Below, piece after piece: positions 61,156 through 64,000 of a stretch of DNA of 64,000 nt; position 1 is the first letter of the stretch, and every line of letters begins with the position of its first letter. The notes below the pieces were generated by a model. It worked only from the letters and a program-made list of their open reading frames with translations. It ran no database searches and was not told where the DNA came from. The DNA lies in the NCBI GenBank assembly GCA_002633005.1, contig NMRA01000036.1:1-64000 (forward strand). Direction: 5' to 3'. The position numbers and the translations under genes were made by a program. The DNA is from Phoronis australis (lineage: Eukaryota > Animalia > Phoronida).

Positions 61156-64000
61156 GGCTCTCGCTGTCAACTGTAATGGAAGAAAAGTAGTTAATCATAT
61201 GCTGTCTCAACTTCAGTCTGATTCTGTGCATGAAGGATGCACCATTTTGCTGATCCAATAATAAAAAAAATTATCAATTTTTGGACTACCGGTGTGTTGT
61301 TGATGGTCTGTAGGGAGCCAATTAAAAACAGGGAAGTGTGTGTTTGTGACTAGTAGATTGTCATATTATTGGCACTGGTTCTTGGCAGAGCAACTTCCGA
61401 TGGGAGAATTATTATGTTTTGAACAAGCCGTCTGATTGTCAACAATTTTTGAACAGGCGAACGGAATTAAAAAATATTTGTCCAATATAGCGCAACAGCA
61501 TTCTTTGCCTTTTGTTTTAATTCATCATTTCTAGCACTTTTGGATAAAAATAAAACATTATTACATACTTCTTTCAGATATTTGAAGGATTGAGCTTTGT
61601 TTGATTTGGTCAGTGTCCTCGTTAGCTTATTTTAGAAGTAATTTAGTATATGATATGAATGAGCTCTGTGTTTAGATTGGAAAAAAAATATTGGCTACAA
61701 GCAGACATTAGTGTAAGCAGGTTTGGGTTTAGACAAATGTTTTCAAAACTATAATATTTCACTCAGTAAAATGTATGAAACTTGCAGCACTTGAGTTTTG
61801 ACTTTATGCAAATCTGCCATCAACTGGGTCACGTGACCATGTCAGCTTAGTAAAATTTTAAGCAAAACAGAACAGTGTATTTATAACAAAACTATTGTTA
61901 GCAAAGTCGGTTTTCACTAAGCTCTACCATGGGATCAGTGTTTATGCTATTAGTTGGCCCTCAATGCAAAGAAATTACATATCTTAAAGATATTGTTATC
62001 AAAGCTTCAGTATCTTAAAAACGGGGTGTTATTGCTTCCGTTGACCAGCAAAGCCGACATGTGAGGAACAAAGGCTTATTTCATGTGAATAAACTTAAAG
62101 TTTCTTTGTCCAATCATCCACAGCATTCACATACTGATGACGTAAATGTATTATCAAGCACTGTTTGTGTCATTAACTTGTTATTTTGTCAGAAATCAGC
62201 GTTTTATTGCTGGGTCTCTAGAGAGCGCAATGTAAAAATTGGCTTGTTTACTCTGCCTAGTGCAAGTGCACTATGCATGCTAAACTCGAAACCATGCACT
62301 GGCGCTATTCGTGGTGAGAACTGTCATAAAACAATATTTCATAAAATTTCCTTTAGTAGTAGCAAGGTAAACAGCCTTTGAAATGTAGAAAAAATGTCAA
62401 TTTTGCTATAATTATTTTTTGCGAAATTATGGAGAACTGTCATAAAGCGTTACACTGTAGATTAATTCGTTAAATGCTTACGTATTTGTATCTGTGATTG
62501 ATGACAGAAAATGAAGACGTAACGATGCGTTTCGTGTCTTGATTAGATTTATTAAAACCGACAGTGATGTAGAGTTCAGTAAATACTCTGGGAATACCAT
62601 TATTTGATTTATGACATCAATTTATTGTATCATAATGTGATGTCTAGCTACTGCTGGTTACGAAACTAGTAGTTTCTGGGTATTGACCTGGAGAAGAGTC
62701 TTGCTTGCAGTTGAGATCAAGAAAAACATTTTGTGAAACTCATCACTGCAATAAGACTTACCTGGCGATGTTAAAATCACAACCATGCAGTAAATGTTCT
62801 GGTGGGGATTTTACAAATCTTGTCCAATGTACCGTATGTTCAGTTAGTCTTTGAAACTCACTTGTATGACTGTATAGCAGTGTTTAACATAGTAATATCC
62901 TATATCACAGCCATTTACGTCATGCAGTATTGTGTGTATTTTGAGACATAGAACTGACTGTTTGAATGACATTGAAAGACTAATTCAACAACCACATTTT
63001 TATGATTTGTTTATGAGTTCCAGACAGTTAATATGAGCTGGAAATCCAAGCACTTTATATTTTTATTTGAAATACTGGGTGTATAAAGACCTAACTGTTA
63101 ATAATGTTAAAGTGAATCGAATTTAATCAGAGATTTAAATTCAGTTTATAGACATTGTGAAGACCAGCAAAAGTTGTTTGTTTACTCAGATTTTCACTGT
63201 GAAGTATATCATTCATTTGGGTTGTGAGGGGGTAAGTGTTCCACAGAATGTTTTTCAATTTTGCAGTGATTGTAAATTCATTGACTGTCATCACAGACCA
63301 TCGTTTTAAGTGAAGGTTGAAATATGAAAATCCTCTAACTGTGGTGCTGTCAGTTTCAACTACATTAAATCTTCATTGATTAGAGAATGCTATCTACCAA
63401 TTACTCAACCGCCACCTAGCGGCGAGGTGTGCAAACTTTACCAGAAAATGGTCACAAGAAGGGCCGTGCCCGAGTGCTGTCTAATCAAATGCTTACAGGC
63501 AACGTCAGCCCTGGAGTTCTGCGCCTTCTGCTGTCACGGGGATGGTCTGGGGAGGGGATTAATGCACCAGCATATCCCCAATGATCCTGTCGGTGACAGG
63601 TATTACAGGTATTACAGGTATTACCAGAAAATGGTTTCTAGCTAGGTTGATGAATGTTTTTCCTACATTAGACGTGTAACTTAGTCCATAGAGGACTGAT
63701 CATGCAGTGACTTTAATTGTTGAGTTACCTATGAAACCAGCACTAATCATATCCTTGGGCTGGTTTTACTGACTTATCTTGTACTTTGGGTTAAGCTTTA
63801 AGTATTTCTTATACTAGACATAACTTTCTTGAAATGGCCCCAGCTACTCTTGCTTTGTGTTAGCTGTCCGTTCCTGTCCTAAGTAAAACTCAATTCGTGA
63901 CTGGAAAATTTGGTACGCAAAAACTTATGACGTGTGACAAAAGATGTGATAGGTAAAATCTTAACCAGAAATGATTTTAAAGAAAATATACAATATCAAA

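Overview
AT-rich eukaryotic genomic DNA from an invertebrate animal draft assembly, with two N-gaps and four single-n positions. The main feature is a + strand multi-exon KATNIP (KIAA0556, katanin-interacting ciliary protein, DUF4457 repeats) gene. I traced 29 phase-compatible GT-AG exons from ATG 12731 to 38229 (4371 nt, 1457 codons). No further exon was found in the remaining ~25.7 kb, so the gene is incomplete here. Inside that apparent giant intron, on the - strand, is an intact single-coding-exon class A neuropeptide GPCR of the allatostatin-A/galanin receptor type with an atypical VRY motif (60091-61155). The rest is intron/intergenic DNA dense in non-autonomous mobile elements: a truncated Penelope-like retroelement (GIY-YIG remnant, inverted terminal segment, candidate variant minimal hammerhead ribozyme), DINE-1/pearl-like elements whose subunits carry CTCF-like motifs, several MITE families, a THAP remnant and minisatellites. 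No prokaryotic systems, CRISPR arrays, tRNA or rRNA genes were seen. All homology calls come from motif recognition by eye; no searches were run.
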